DNA of 64,000 nt, taken from NCBI GenBank assembly GCA_016432645.1, contig CP066698.1, positions 709,062 to 773,061 of the forward strand. Direction: 5' to 3'. A program made the translations under genes and the position numbers. Source of the stretch: Candidatus Falkowbacteria bacterium. Lineage in GTDB: Bacteria > Patescibacteriota > Patescibacteriia > Patescibacteriales > UBA12465. The notes below the pieces were generated by a model that worked only from the letters and a program-made list of their open reading frames with translations, ran no database searches and was not told where the DNA came from. Position 1 is the stretch's first letter. The number at the start of each line of letters is the position of its first letter. Positions 55,558-64,000 of the stretch are shown here, piece by piece.

Positions 55558-55587
55558 AATAAAGCCCCTTGAATTAGAGGCTTTATT
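55558..55587 (-). terminator. hairpin terminator after the upstream minus-strand operon
   Basis: 9-bp stem AATAAAGCC (55558-55566)/GGCTTTATT (55579-55587). A T-run follows on the minus strand. Confidence 0.55.
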
Positions 55588-55616
55588 GTCTTTATATTAA
55601 TTTTCGTTACTGATTA

Positions 55617-56000
55617 TTAAGGGAGATATTTTTTTAATTCCTTAGCCGCCTCTAATTCCTTTTTCTTTTTAGGAATGTCGCGCAGGTTTTTAATAATGAA
55701 TAATTTCCAGATAATTATTTCTAAAATCCAAAAGCCTAGCCACATTCTGGAGGCGAAAAAAGGCACATTTTCATAATTAAAGAATAGAATAATCAAACCG
55801 ATAATAAAATTAACGGCCGACAAGCTATACATTCTTTTCAGTGCTCCGCGGTATAAGCCACCGCGCTTTTTCAAGATAGCGGTTATGACGGCAGCGATTA
55901 ATAACAAAACGATAATCGCAATTAATACTTTAAAAGCGAGGGCGGTTAATGGCTCGGGGTTAACAGTGAACCAATACTTCCAGGTAAACAGGTTTTTCAT
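55617..56000 (-). CDS. hypothetical 3-4-TM membrane protein
   Basis: 127 aa, hydrophobic, with a basic C-terminal tail. Confidence 0.45.
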   Translation of the reverse strand: MKNLFTWKYWFTVNPEPLTALAFKVLIAIIVLLLIAAVITAILKKRGGLYRGALKRMYSLSAVNFIIGLIILFFNYENVPFFASRMWLGFWILEIIIWKLFIIKNLRDIPKKKKELEAAKELKKYLP

Positions 56001-56002
56001 AG

Positions 56003-56554
56003 TTATAGTTTAATTAGTAATAATCCGTAATGATAAGGGCCAGCGGAAAATTCTTCTTGAATATCGAAGCCCAATTTTTTAGCAGCCAGTTTTAATGATT
56101 CCAATTTTAATCGTTTTTCCGGTTTTGGACCCAGTGGGGAATCGGCGCTGTTCCATTCCACAATCATTAGGCGTCCGCTGCGTTTTAACATCCGATAAGC
56201 CTCCCTGATAATCTCCGCCCTTTTATCTGATTGGTGTAATACATTGACTAAGAGCGCGCCATCCAGGCTTTCAGTTTCTATCTTGGTGGCTTTAAATATT
56301 TCTAAATTGCTCCAAACAGGAATGATTTGAGGCAGGTTTTCCTTGGCGGCCCGGTCTTTTATTTCGGTTAAGGTTGACTTTAAAATATCAACCGCATAAA
56401 CTTTACCGGAACGTCCGACTAGGCGGGCTAGCGGAAAAGTAAAAAACCCAAAATTACCGCATCCGAGTTCAGCGACTTTTTGGCGCTCCCCTATGGATAT
56501 TTTATTCAAAATTGCCGTAATGTCAAATAGGGCTGTTTTTTTAATCTCTAACAT
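56003..56554 (-). CDS. class I SAM-dependent methyltransferase
   Basis: 183 aa. Motif I ..VAELGCGNFGFF.. and an acidic post-I ..YAVDI.. Confidence 0.75.
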   Translation of the reverse strand: MLEIKKTALFDITAILNKISIGERQKVAELGCGNFGFFTFPLARLVGRSGKVYAVDILKSTLTEIKDRAAKENLPQIIPVWSNLEIFKATKIETESLDGALLVNVLHQSDKRAEIIREAYRMLKRSGRLMIVEWNSADSPLGPKPEKRLKLESLKLAAKKLGFDIQEEFSAGPYHYGLLLIKL

Positions 56555-56567
56555 AAACTTTTTATTT

Positions 56568-57227
56568 CTATTCTACTAATATTTGTCTAAGGATGGTATT
56601 TTCTTGGCTGTACTTCTTTTTGGCGCTAATCGTTAAAGTATTTACACCTTTTTTTAGATTAACCGTTTGGGAAAAGTTGCCATTGTTATTATTAAGAATC
56701 AGTTCGCCGTTAATTCTGATTTCGGCCTCCTTTTCTGTTTTTCCCGCCACTAGGATTGAAGTCTCCTTAATCATCAAGTTTTTTTCTGGTTGGTTGATTA
56801 TTAAATCTGGCGGCAGCACAATCTTTTTAAAATAAAATATCAAATAGAGAAAACAAATTAGGACTGCCAGCCCGAGCAACAAATTCCTGATAATCTTCGG
56901 GAAAATTAAAAACTTATTTTTCTTTAATATTTTTTGCGAAAAGGGGTTATTTTCTGTTTGCTCATCAATCGTCTCTTGTAAAAATTTAGCCACTAAGGTT
57001 TTATCGGCTCCCAGAAAAGTAGCATATTTTTTCAGAAAATTTTTGCCGTATAATCCGGCCGGTAATTGGTTAAAATTTTCTTCTTCCATGGCTAACAAAT
57101 ATTCTTTTCTGATTCCCAGCTTTTGGGCGACTTCATCCACTCCTAAATTTTTGAAGGTTCTTAAGCGCCGTAATTCTTCGCCGATACTGTCTTCGGCCAT
57201 CAGTTTTTTAGGAGTAAAATAGACCAT
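56568..57227 (-). CDS. RodZ-like HTH (Xre-type) membrane protein
   Basis: 219 aa. N-terminal HTH (..IGEELRRLRTFKNLGVDEVAQKLGIRKEYLLAMEEENF..), a single TM and an extracytoplasmic beta domain. Confidence 0.55.
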   Translation of the reverse strand: MVYFTPKKLMAEDSIGEELRRLRTFKNLGVDEVAQKLGIRKEYLLAMEEENFNQLPAGLYGKNFLKKYATFLGADKTLVAKFLQETIDEQTENNPFSQKILKKNKFLIFPKIIRNLLLGLAVLICFLYLIFYFKKIVLPPDLIINQPEKNLMIKETSILVAGKTEKEAEIRINGELILNNNNGNFSQTVNLKKGVNTLTISAKKKYSQENTILRQILVE

Positions 57228-57664
57228 TAAATTAAAGAATTCGGTTTATTATTTGTTTGGAAACTCATTGTCCCATTAAATGTTTTGGTGGCGCCGATAG
57301 CCTGGGTGACAAATCTGATTATCAGCCAACTGGAGAAAACAATTATTAAACCGATAACTGCCGCCACAATTATTTTTTTTGCTTGGCCAACCTTATCGCT
57401 GGAGCCGGAAGAAATTAAGAACATCAGGCCGCCATAGATGAACATTATAAGCGATAATGAACCAACAATACCGAGTATCCATTGGGATACTAAAACGGCC
57501 AGCCTAATAAAATCATCAAGAGTATAGTCGCCGCAATAAGTTGCTGTCCCGTCGCAGGAAGCGGTGCCACTAGCGCTGGGAACTAAACCGGCGGCGCTAG
57601 CCAGTTGGATGCCGACGCTAAAAACTAGAATAAAAATTAACGTGGCGATGATTTTTTTAAGCAT
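57227..57664 (-). CDS. VirB2/TrbC-like two-TM pilin-family protein, paralog 7 (distal copy)
   Basis: 145 aa. Signal ..IQLASA|A. The variable region has a Cys pair (..SCDGTATYCGDY..). ..GGLMFLISSGSSDKVGQAKKIIVAAVIGLIIVFSSW.. The stop overlaps the RodZ-like start. Confidence 0.55.
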   Translation of the reverse strand: MLKKIIATLIFILVFSVGIQLASAAGLVPSASGTASCDGTATYCGDYTLDDFIRLAVLVSQWILGIVGSLSLIMFIYGGLMFLISSGSSDKVGQAKKIIVAAVIGLIIVFSSWLIIRFVTQAIGATKTFNGTMSFQTNNKPNSLI

Positions 57665-57669
57665 ATAAA

Positions 57670-59052
57670 TTACTGGTTAATAGTTTGTTGGATTTTAGAG
57701 GCGGCGATATTAATAACGCTCTGGATTTTATCATTAGTATTATTAACAATGGCATCAATCATTTCTTTCATCGCATCTTCGGCCGCTTGAACATTATAGC
57801 CGCGATACCAGCTTTTGGCGGTTAAAACTTGATCGGCAAAAACACCGATTTCATCATCAATTCTCTGGCTGGCGATTAACGAGCGCAGCGCTGTTGGTTT
57901 TTTGGTTACCGCTAAATAACTTTTAGCCTGTTCTTCTTTGGTCATAAACTGAATGAAGTCCCAGGCTTCAGTGCTGTGTTTGCTTTTTTTAGAAACAGTT
58001 TCCACCCAGTAATTAGCCAGGTTGATATTAGTCGGCGGATTACCTTCAATTTGCGGGAACTTAGCAACTGAAAAATTTAATTTTGGCGCCCCCGCCTTGA
58101 TTAGAGGGATGTCATAAGAATAACCAAACATAATTGCTAGGTTGCCGTTAATAAACATATTCAAGGAATTGTCTAAACTGCTATTCCAGGAATAGGATTC
58201 CTTGGTTGGATTGGCAAAATCAGTATAGAATCGCAAAGCTTCCAGGCCGGGGTTGTAGCCGGTATCTTTAGCAAATTCGGGAACGGCATTAAAAACCACT
58301 TGATTATCGTCGTTAATCATAGTCGCGCCGTTTTGCATCATTAAAACGGCCAGAATATCGCTAAAGCGATCAATATTAGTGCTGCCGCCCATAGCAATTC
58401 CTGATTGGATTAAGCCTTTTTTAGCATCTTGTTTGGTGAGTTTTTTGACTGTTTGTAAAAATTCCCGATTCCAGTATAAGGGGGCCTCGCTGATTCCGGC
58501 ATTATTCAATAAATCTTTGTTGTAAAACATTGCCAAGGTATCAACCGATAAAGGAAGTCCATAAACTTTATTGTCATTTAAAATTACGTCTTTGCCGACC
58601 ACGTCGACAAAATTATCCCGGATTTCTTTTAAAGTTAAACTACGGGAAGTTCTAAGCTCAGGAACTATTTCGGTTTTTACTGTTCCCTTGGTGACCATAT
58701 AGGCGATAGTAATTGATTCTGGCATGGGGGCAATTTTGGATTGATATTTTCGGACCCAAGTATTTTGGATAGAAAATATATCCGGACCGCGGTCTTCAGC
58801 GAGCGCGTTAATCAATTCATTCTCATATTCTTCATAGCGCAATTTGCGATATTCAATGTTAATAAAAGGGTGGAGCGCCTTATATTTGGTAATAATTTCA
58901 TCAAAAGCATCTTGGCCATCATAAACTCGCCAGTAAGTCAGAGTTATAGGCTCGGTAGCTGCGGCAGTTTCTTGATTTTGTACTTTACAGCCAAATCCCG
59001 AACTTAATAAAAAAGTAGCGATTAGGGTCAAGATAGTTATTTTTTTGAACAT
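57670..59052 (-). CDS. ABC-type extracellular solute-binding lipoprotein, family 1 (sugar type)
   Basis: The start is trimmed to MFKKITILTLIATFLLSSGFGC (lipobox) at 59052. Typical SBP_bac_1 length. No permease or ATPase gene is adjacent. Confidence 0.7.
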   Translation of the reverse strand: MFKKITILTLIATFLLSSGFGCKVQNQETAAATEPITLTYWRVYDGQDAFDEIITKYKALHPFINIEYRKLRYEEYENELINALAEDRGPDIFSIQNTWVRKYQSKIAPMPESITIAYMVTKGTVKTEIVPELRTSRSLTLKEIRDNFVDVVGKDVILNDNKVYGLPLSVDTLAMFYNKDLLNNAGISEAPLYWNREFLQTVKKLTKQDAKKGLIQSGIAMGGSTNIDRFSDILAVLMMQNGATMINDDNQVVFNAVPEFAKDTGYNPGLEALRFYTDFANPTKESYSWNSSLDNSLNMFINGNLAIMFGYSYDIPLIKAGAPKLNFSVAKFPQIEGNPPTNINLANYWVETVSKKSKHSTEAWDFIQFMTKEEQAKSYLAVTKKPTALRSLIASQRIDDEIGVFADQVLTAKSWYRGYNVQAAEDAMKEMIDAIVNNTNDKIQSVINIAASKIQQTINQ

Positions 59053-59102
59053 AGTTTTAGCTAATTTATCTGACCTTATTATAGCAAAAGATAACTTATT
59101 AT

Positions 59103-60623
59103 TCAAAGCTGCGCTCGATATTGCAAGGCTTCCGCTAAGTGGCATTCTCCGACCGACTCGCTATTGTCTAAATCGGCGATAGTGCGGGCAATTTTTAAAA
59201 TTTTAAAGTAGGAGCGATTAGAAAAATTAAGATTTTTAGCGGCTATTTTTAATAACTCTAAAGCGGAAGCAGTAAATTGGCCAAGCGCTTTTAGCTGGTG
59301 GGAGGGAATAGTATTATTAAGTGGCGGCGAAAAATTAGCCAAGCGGCTTAGTTGTCGCTGGCGCGCTTGGTTGATGCGGTTTTGAATTACAATAAGATCG
59401 TCGTTTGAATTATTATTTTCCAGTTCTGATGGCGGCAGACTCATTACTTCAACGTATAAATCGATTCTATCTAAAATCGGACCGGAAATTTTTTGGCGGT
59501 ATTTTTTAATTTTTTCCGGTCCGCAAGTGCAATTTTTTTCTTTTAATCCAAGAAAACCGCAGGGACAAGGGTTCATAGCGGCAATCAGCATAAAATTGGC
59601 TGGTAAATCTAGGCTCCCCTGAGCCCGGTTAATGGTTATCTTTCCATCCTCTAGCGGTTGGCGCAGACTTTCGATAGCATAACGCGAGAACTCCGGAAAT
59701 TCATCCAGAAATAAAATTCCTAAATGAGCCAGAGAAATTTCTCCCGGCCGGCATTTTGAACCACCGCCGATTAAGGCGGAGGCTGAAGTGCTATGATGAG
59801 GAGCGCGGAAAGGGCGTCGGGTTATTGGCAACTGGCAGATTACTTGTCGCCCCAGTATACTGGCCGCGGCACTGTAAATTTTGGATATTTCTAATTTTTC
59901 CCAGTTGCTTAAGGGTGGTAAAATGCTGGCGGCCGCTTTGGCTAGCATGGTTTTGCCGCTGCCTGGAGGGCCGCTGAATAAAATATTATGTCCGCCGGCA
60001 ACAGCAATTTCTAAGGCTCGTTTAGCTTTTTCTTGGCCGTTAATGTCTGTTAAATATACCGTATTTTCTGTTTTTATTTCTGGCAGCTGTTCCATGGCCG
60101 CCTCGGTTATTTTTTGGCCGCCAAAATGTTTTATTAATTGATTTAGATTATTTACCGGGAAAATTTTAAGGCCTTTAACTAAATTAGCTTCGGCGATATT
60201 TTCACTGGGTAAAAAAATTGCCTCCAATCCTTGAGCCCGAGCTTTAATCGCCATCAGCAGCGCTCCTTTTATTTTCCGCACCTCGCCGCTTAGCGATAGC
60301 TCTCCGGCAATTAAACATTTAGAAAAATCAAAATTAAATTTGTATTTTAAAGTTAAAATGCTGACGGTAATCGGCAAGTCATATATCGGGCCGCTTTTTT
60401 TCAAATCAGCTGGCGCTAAGTTAACGGTTATTTTTCTTTTTGGAAATTCCCAGCCGCTATTTAAAATGGCACTGCGCACTCTTTCTTTGGCTTCCGAAAC
60501 GGCGATGTCTGGCAAGCCAACAATGCTTATTTGCCCGAAGTCGCCGCCGCCGAGCGTCGCCTCGATTTCTACGAGTTCAGCGTCCAGACCGATAATTACT
60601 GCTGATAATATTTTATTGGCCAT
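59103..60623 (-). CDS. comM: YifB/ComM-family Mg-chelatase-like AAA+ ATPase
   Basis: The start is trimmed to MANKILSAVIIGLDA.. at 60623. Walker A GPPGSGKTMLA, ..LFLDEFPEF.., and a C-terminal ChlI-like/helical domain. Confidence 0.9.
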   Translation of the reverse strand: MANKILSAVIIGLDAELVEIEATLGGGDFGQISIVGLPDIAVSEAKERVRSAILNSGWEFPKRKITVNLAPADLKKSGPIYDLPITVSILTLKYKFNFDFSKCLIAGELSLSGEVRKIKGALLMAIKARAQGLEAIFLPSENIAEANLVKGLKIFPVNNLNQLIKHFGGQKITEAAMEQLPEIKTENTVYLTDINGQEKAKRALEIAVAGGHNILFSGPPGSGKTMLAKAAASILPPLSNWEKLEISKIYSAAASILGRQVICQLPITRRPFRAPHHSTSASALIGGGSKCRPGEISLAHLGILFLDEFPEFSRYAIESLRQPLEDGKITINRAQGSLDLPANFMLIAAMNPCPCGFLGLKEKNCTCGPEKIKKYRQKISGPILDRIDLYVEVMSLPPSELENNNSNDDLIVIQNRINQARQRQLSRLANFSPPLNNTIPSHQLKALGQFTASALELLKIAAKNLNFSNRSYFKILKIARTIADLDNSESVGECHLAEALQYRAQL

Positions 60624-60696
60624 TTTAGTACTTCTAAAAAATAAAATCGTCCCCACCAGGACGATTTTAATATAGCGCAAGTTTAATAAAGCGGCG

Positions 60697-63600
60697 TTAA
60701 ATTTTTTCTAAATTTTTATTATCTTTTTGCAATTCGTCCAACTTGACACTTAGTAGTTTGCTGACGCCGTCAGCCTGCATAGTCACGCCGTAAAGAATGC
60801 TGGCGCGGCGCATAGAGGCGCGGTTATGGGTAATAACGATAAATTGAGTCTTGTCGGACAAGTCGTCTAAAATTCTGGCTAAGCGCTCTGAATTTGATTC
60901 GTCCAAAGCGGCATCAACTTCGTCTAAAACGACAAAGGGTGAAGGATTGGCGCTAATAATCGCGCAAATTAAGGCAATAGCGGTTAAGGCGCGTTCGCCG
61001 CCGGAAAGCATGGTCACAGCTTGGATTTTTTTACCCGGAGGCGTGGCTTGAATTTCAATGCCGGCTAAGCCGACGGCATTGTATTTTTTCAGGAATTTAA
61101 TTTTTTTCATTTTCTCTTCCTGCATCCGCTTCATTTCAATTTCGGCCGCTGTTAATCCTTGGTCAATGTTTTCCGGCTTGTTGGCGTTATTTTTAGCGTC
61201 TTCTTTTTCCAAGTCTTCTACTAGGATTTTAGTAATTTTGGCGCTTCCGCCGTTGAAAAGAATTTTAAAGTAATCATTAAATTTTTCAGAAATTATTTTA
61301 AATTCCTGATCAAAACGATTTTTAATGTTGCCATCAAGCTCGTAGATTATTTGTTCTAAAGATTTAACCGCTTGGTTTAGGTCATCAGTTTGGTTGCTTA
61401 AAAATTCATAACGAGTTTTGGTTTCCTCATATTCTTTTTCTGTTTCCGGATCAATGCCGCCAATTTGTTCCAATTGATTTTTACTGTTAGCTAAAATTTT
61501 CTGCCAGTATGATAAATTTTCCGCGCCGCCATCAACCGCGTGCGCCTGAATTTCACTGATAGCCAATTCATCATTTCTAATATTATTTTCTAAGTCTTCC
61601 AGCTTTGTTTCTTGTCTGGTGGATTCGATTTTTAAGGCGTTTAATTTGCTGGCGACGTCGTTTATTTCTTCTTGCAAAGCTTGAATATTTTTTTGGCATT
61701 CAAACATCTGTCCTTTTTCTTTCTCTTTAGCCTGATTCAGGGTTTCTAATTTGGCATTGATGCTTGCCGCCTCCAAGTTGAGCTCTTCTAATAGTTTGTT
61801 AATAGCTATTTTTTCTTTTTCAATTTCCGAAGAATCGAATTTTATCTGGCTCTTAGCGATTTTATTATTAACATCGGTTAACTCTTGATTATTTTGATTT
61901 TTTTTGTCGCCGAGCAGCTTAATGCGTTCAATAATTGCCGAGTCTTTAAGGCGGCAAAGCTGTAATTGTTCCAAGGCTGCTTGTTTTTTATCTTGCAAGA
62001 GACCGCCTTGGCTAGAGGCTTCTAGTTTAGTGATTTCTTTTTCAATTTCAGCCAGCTTTTTAGTTAAAATAAGTTTCTCATTTTCTATTTGTCCGGCATC
62101 GAACTTTATCTCCGCCTTTTCTAGTTTAGCTTTAATGTCCACGAGCTCTCTTTCAATTTGGGTTTTCTTTTCCGTGCTTAAGCGCAAACGCTCATTGATG
62201 GTTGAGAGGCGCAAACGCTCCTCGTTCAAGTGCTCGTTAACGGTTTGCCTCTTTTCCGTTAACTCAATAATTGTTTGTTGAATTTTTTGGATGCGGAGAG
62301 AGTCTTCATCGCTTTCACCGGTAAGAGTGGCCTTAATTTTAGTTTGGAAATCTTTTTTTGCTTCCAAAATTAATTTTTTAGCCTCGTCTAAATTAGCAAT
62401 AGAATTAATGCCATCCAGCTTGTTTAAAAATTCTTCTACAATTTGGCTGATTTTTTCATCTTTACTGCCGGACTTGGCTGCCACTCGGATTTTATCATTG
62501 ATATTTCTCAGCTCGTTATTCAAAGTCGCAAGTTCTTGCTGAATGCTATTTAAATTTTCTTGAAGTTTCTGACTATTTTCTCGATCATTATCTTGATTTA
62601 ATTTACTGAGTTCGCTTTCAATATTCTTTAATTCGGAATTCAGCTCCTCTTGCTTATTACTAAGCCAGGAAACATCAAATTGTCCTTGAGCTTCTAAATT
62701 AGCTTCTAAAACCGCTTCCAGTTTAGAAATTTGTTTATTGAAATTAAACTTTTCATTTTCTAAGCGGTTAATTGTTCTTTTAATTTCTTCATTGTCTACT
62801 ATTTCTTTATTTATCTCTTGGAGCTTAGCTAACAAAGATTCTTCTTCCAGTTTGGGCCGGCTGTTTTCCAGAGAGTTTATTTCCAGACCAATTTTTTCAA
62901 TATCGGCAGTCAGTTCACCAGCCTTGTTATTAAGCCAGGAAACATCGAATTGGCCCTGGGACTCCAATTGGACCTCTAGTTCCGCCTGCAGCCTGGATAA
63001 TTTTTTTTGATATTGTCCTTTTTGGTTTTCTAAATCGCGCAATCTCGGCTGCAATTCGTTTATTTCTCGGAAATTATCCGTCGTTCTAATTTTATTCAAA
63101 TCTTCACCCAGTTTTTCCAGTTTTTTTTCTTTTTCAATTTTAATTTTTTCCAAATCTAAAAATTGGGCGTTAAAAGAATCTAATTTATTATTAATATCTT
63201 GCCACAGAAAACCATAATAATTGAATTGGGTTTTTTTGAGTTCGGATTCAATATCGGCTCGGCGTTTCAATTTTTCCACTTGCCTGGTCAAACTTTTGAG
63301 GCGCGGCCTAATTTCCACTAACAGCATATCCACTTGCTGGAGATTTTCATAACTAGCTTCCAGCTTGCTTAAAGCAGAATCGCGTTTGATTTGGAATTGT
63401 TTAACGCCGGTCGCCTCATCAAAAAAATCTTTGCGTTCGGCCGCGGTGGAGCTTAAAAAATTTTCTACCATTCCTTGGCCGATAACGCTGTAAGTTTTTT
63501 GGCCGAAATTAGCTTTAGCGAGCAGCATTTGAATATCAGACAAGCGGACACGGTTGCCGTTTAATAAATATTCGCCTTCGCCATTGCGAAATAAGCGGCG

Positions 63601-63978
63601 TGTGATTACAATCTCAGTGCAGCTTTTAATTATTTGATCCAAGTCGCTTTCATTTTCAATTTTTTCCGGTTGCTTGGAGGCTTTTTTGACAGCCTCTTCA
63701 TTATTTAAAAATAAAGACACCTCCGCCAAACTTAATTGACTCTTTTGATCGGAGCCGGAGAAAATAACGTCTTCACTTTTTTTGCCACGCAAACTTTTAA
63801 TGCTTTGTTCTCCCAGCGCCCAGCGGATGGCATCGGCAACATTGGATTTTCCGGAACCGTTAGGACCGACAATCGCCGTTAAGCCGCGTTTTTTGTCGTC
63901 CAGCATGCCGGAGAAGATTAATTTGTTTTTATTCGCAAAAGATTTGAATCCTTGGATTTCCAGTTTTTCTAAATACAT
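60697..63978 (-). CDS. smc: SMC chromosome-condensation ATPase (canonical heads and arms; no recognisable hinge)
   Basis: N-head MYLEKLEIQGFKSFA..IVGPNGSGKSN (ATG at 63978). C-head ..LSGGERALTAIAL..VVLDEVDAALD..ITHN.. About 330-aa helical arms. Only a ~60-aa non-coil segment lies at the midpoint. Confidence 0.85.
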   Translation of the reverse strand: MYLEKLEIQGFKSFANKNKLIFSGMLDDKKRGLTAIVGPNGSGKSNVADAIRWALGEQSIKSLRGKKSEDVIFSGSDQKSQLSLAEVSLFLNNEEAVKKASKQPEKIENESDLDQIIKSCTEIVITRRLFRNGEGEYLLNGNRVRLSDIQMLLAKANFGQKTYSVIGQGMVENFLSSTAAERKDFFDEATGVKQFQIKRDSALSKLEASYENLQQVDMLLVEIRPRLKSLTRQVEKLKRRADIESELKKTQFNYYGFLWQDINNKLDSFNAQFLDLEKIKIEKEKKLEKLGEDLNKIRTTDNFREINELQPRLRDLENQKGQYQKKLSRLQAELEVQLESQGQFDVSWLNNKAGELTADIEKIGLEINSLENSRPKLEEESLLAKLQEINKEIVDNEEIKRTINRLENEKFNFNKQISKLEAVLEANLEAQGQFDVSWLSNKQEELNSELKNIESELSKLNQDNDRENSQKLQENLNSIQQELATLNNELRNINDKIRVAAKSGSKDEKISQIVEEFLNKLDGINSIANLDEAKKLILEAKKDFQTKIKATLTGESDEDSLRIQKIQQTIIELTEKRQTVNEHLNEERLRLSTINERLRLSTEKKTQIERELVDIKAKLEKAEIKFDAGQIENEKLILTKKLAEIEKEITKLEASSQGGLLQDKKQAALEQLQLCRLKDSAIIERIKLLGDKKNQNNQELTDVNNKIAKSQIKFDSSEIEKEKIAINKLLEELNLEAASINAKLETLNQAKEKEKGQMFECQKNIQALQEEINDVASKLNALKIESTRQETKLEDLENNIRNDELAISEIQAHAVDGGAENLSYWQKILANSKNQLEQIGGIDPETEKEYEETKTRYEFLSNQTDDLNQAVKSLEQIIYELDGNIKNRFDQEFKIISEKFNDYFKILFNGGSAKITKILVEDLEKEDAKNNANKPENIDQGLTAAEIEMKRMQEEKMKKIKFLKKYNAVGLAGIEIQATPPGKKIQAVTMLSGGERALTAIALICAIISANPSPFVVLDEVDAALDESNSERLARILDDLSDKTQFIVITHNRASMRRASILYGVTMQADGVSKLLSVKLDELQKDNKNLEKI

Positions 63979-64000
63979 AATTATTAAAATCAAAAATGGC

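Overview
This is an AT-rich bacterial chromosome segment, roughly 35-40% GC by eye. It covers the replication-origin neighbourhood, with dnaN-dnaA divergent from rpmH-rnpA-yidD-yidC, followed by about 60 kb of tightly packed housekeeping genes. These include valS, pheST, trpS, topA, dprA, pth, der, infC-rpmI-rplT-secG, rnj, trxB, lgt, ppsA, comM/yifB and smc. There are also 10 tRNA genes and one stand-alone 16S rRNA gene with no 23S or 5S nearby. TGA acts as a stop codon (valS), so the code is standard. I found no transposase, integrase, CRISPR array or recognisable defence genes. The overall style suggests a Patescibacteria/CPR-like organism, but that is inference. It rests on the unlinked 16S, the near-absence of Shine-Dalgarno sites, many near-consensus TTGACA-N17-TATAAT promoters with clean hairpin terminators, the VanW/LCP/3D-domain wall proteins and the orphan solute-binding proteins. 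The most unusual locus is 49.0-55.2 kb. It holds an operon of six tandem, divergent, small two-TM proteins with a VirB2/TrbC-like pilin architecture, and a seventh copy lies at 57.2 kb. No type IV secretion machinery is present in the window. The lead gene of this operon has the only strong SD I saw. It is followed by a 40-nt GC-rich perfect palindrome. The operon is flanked by a polytopic GT-C-like membrane protein plus a GT2 polyprenol-phosphate glycosyltransferase pair, and by a secreted Lys-rich protein driven by a perfect consensus promoter. Other points worth a second look:
- an SMC whose hinge appears replaced by a ~60-aa apex, with mirrored duplications in both coiled-coil arms
- a genomically encoded tRNA-Ile(UAU)
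- two promoter-to-terminator structured RNA candidates
- a candidate oriC

All protein calls come from motif recognition by eye. No BLAST, HMM or RNA-folding program was run.
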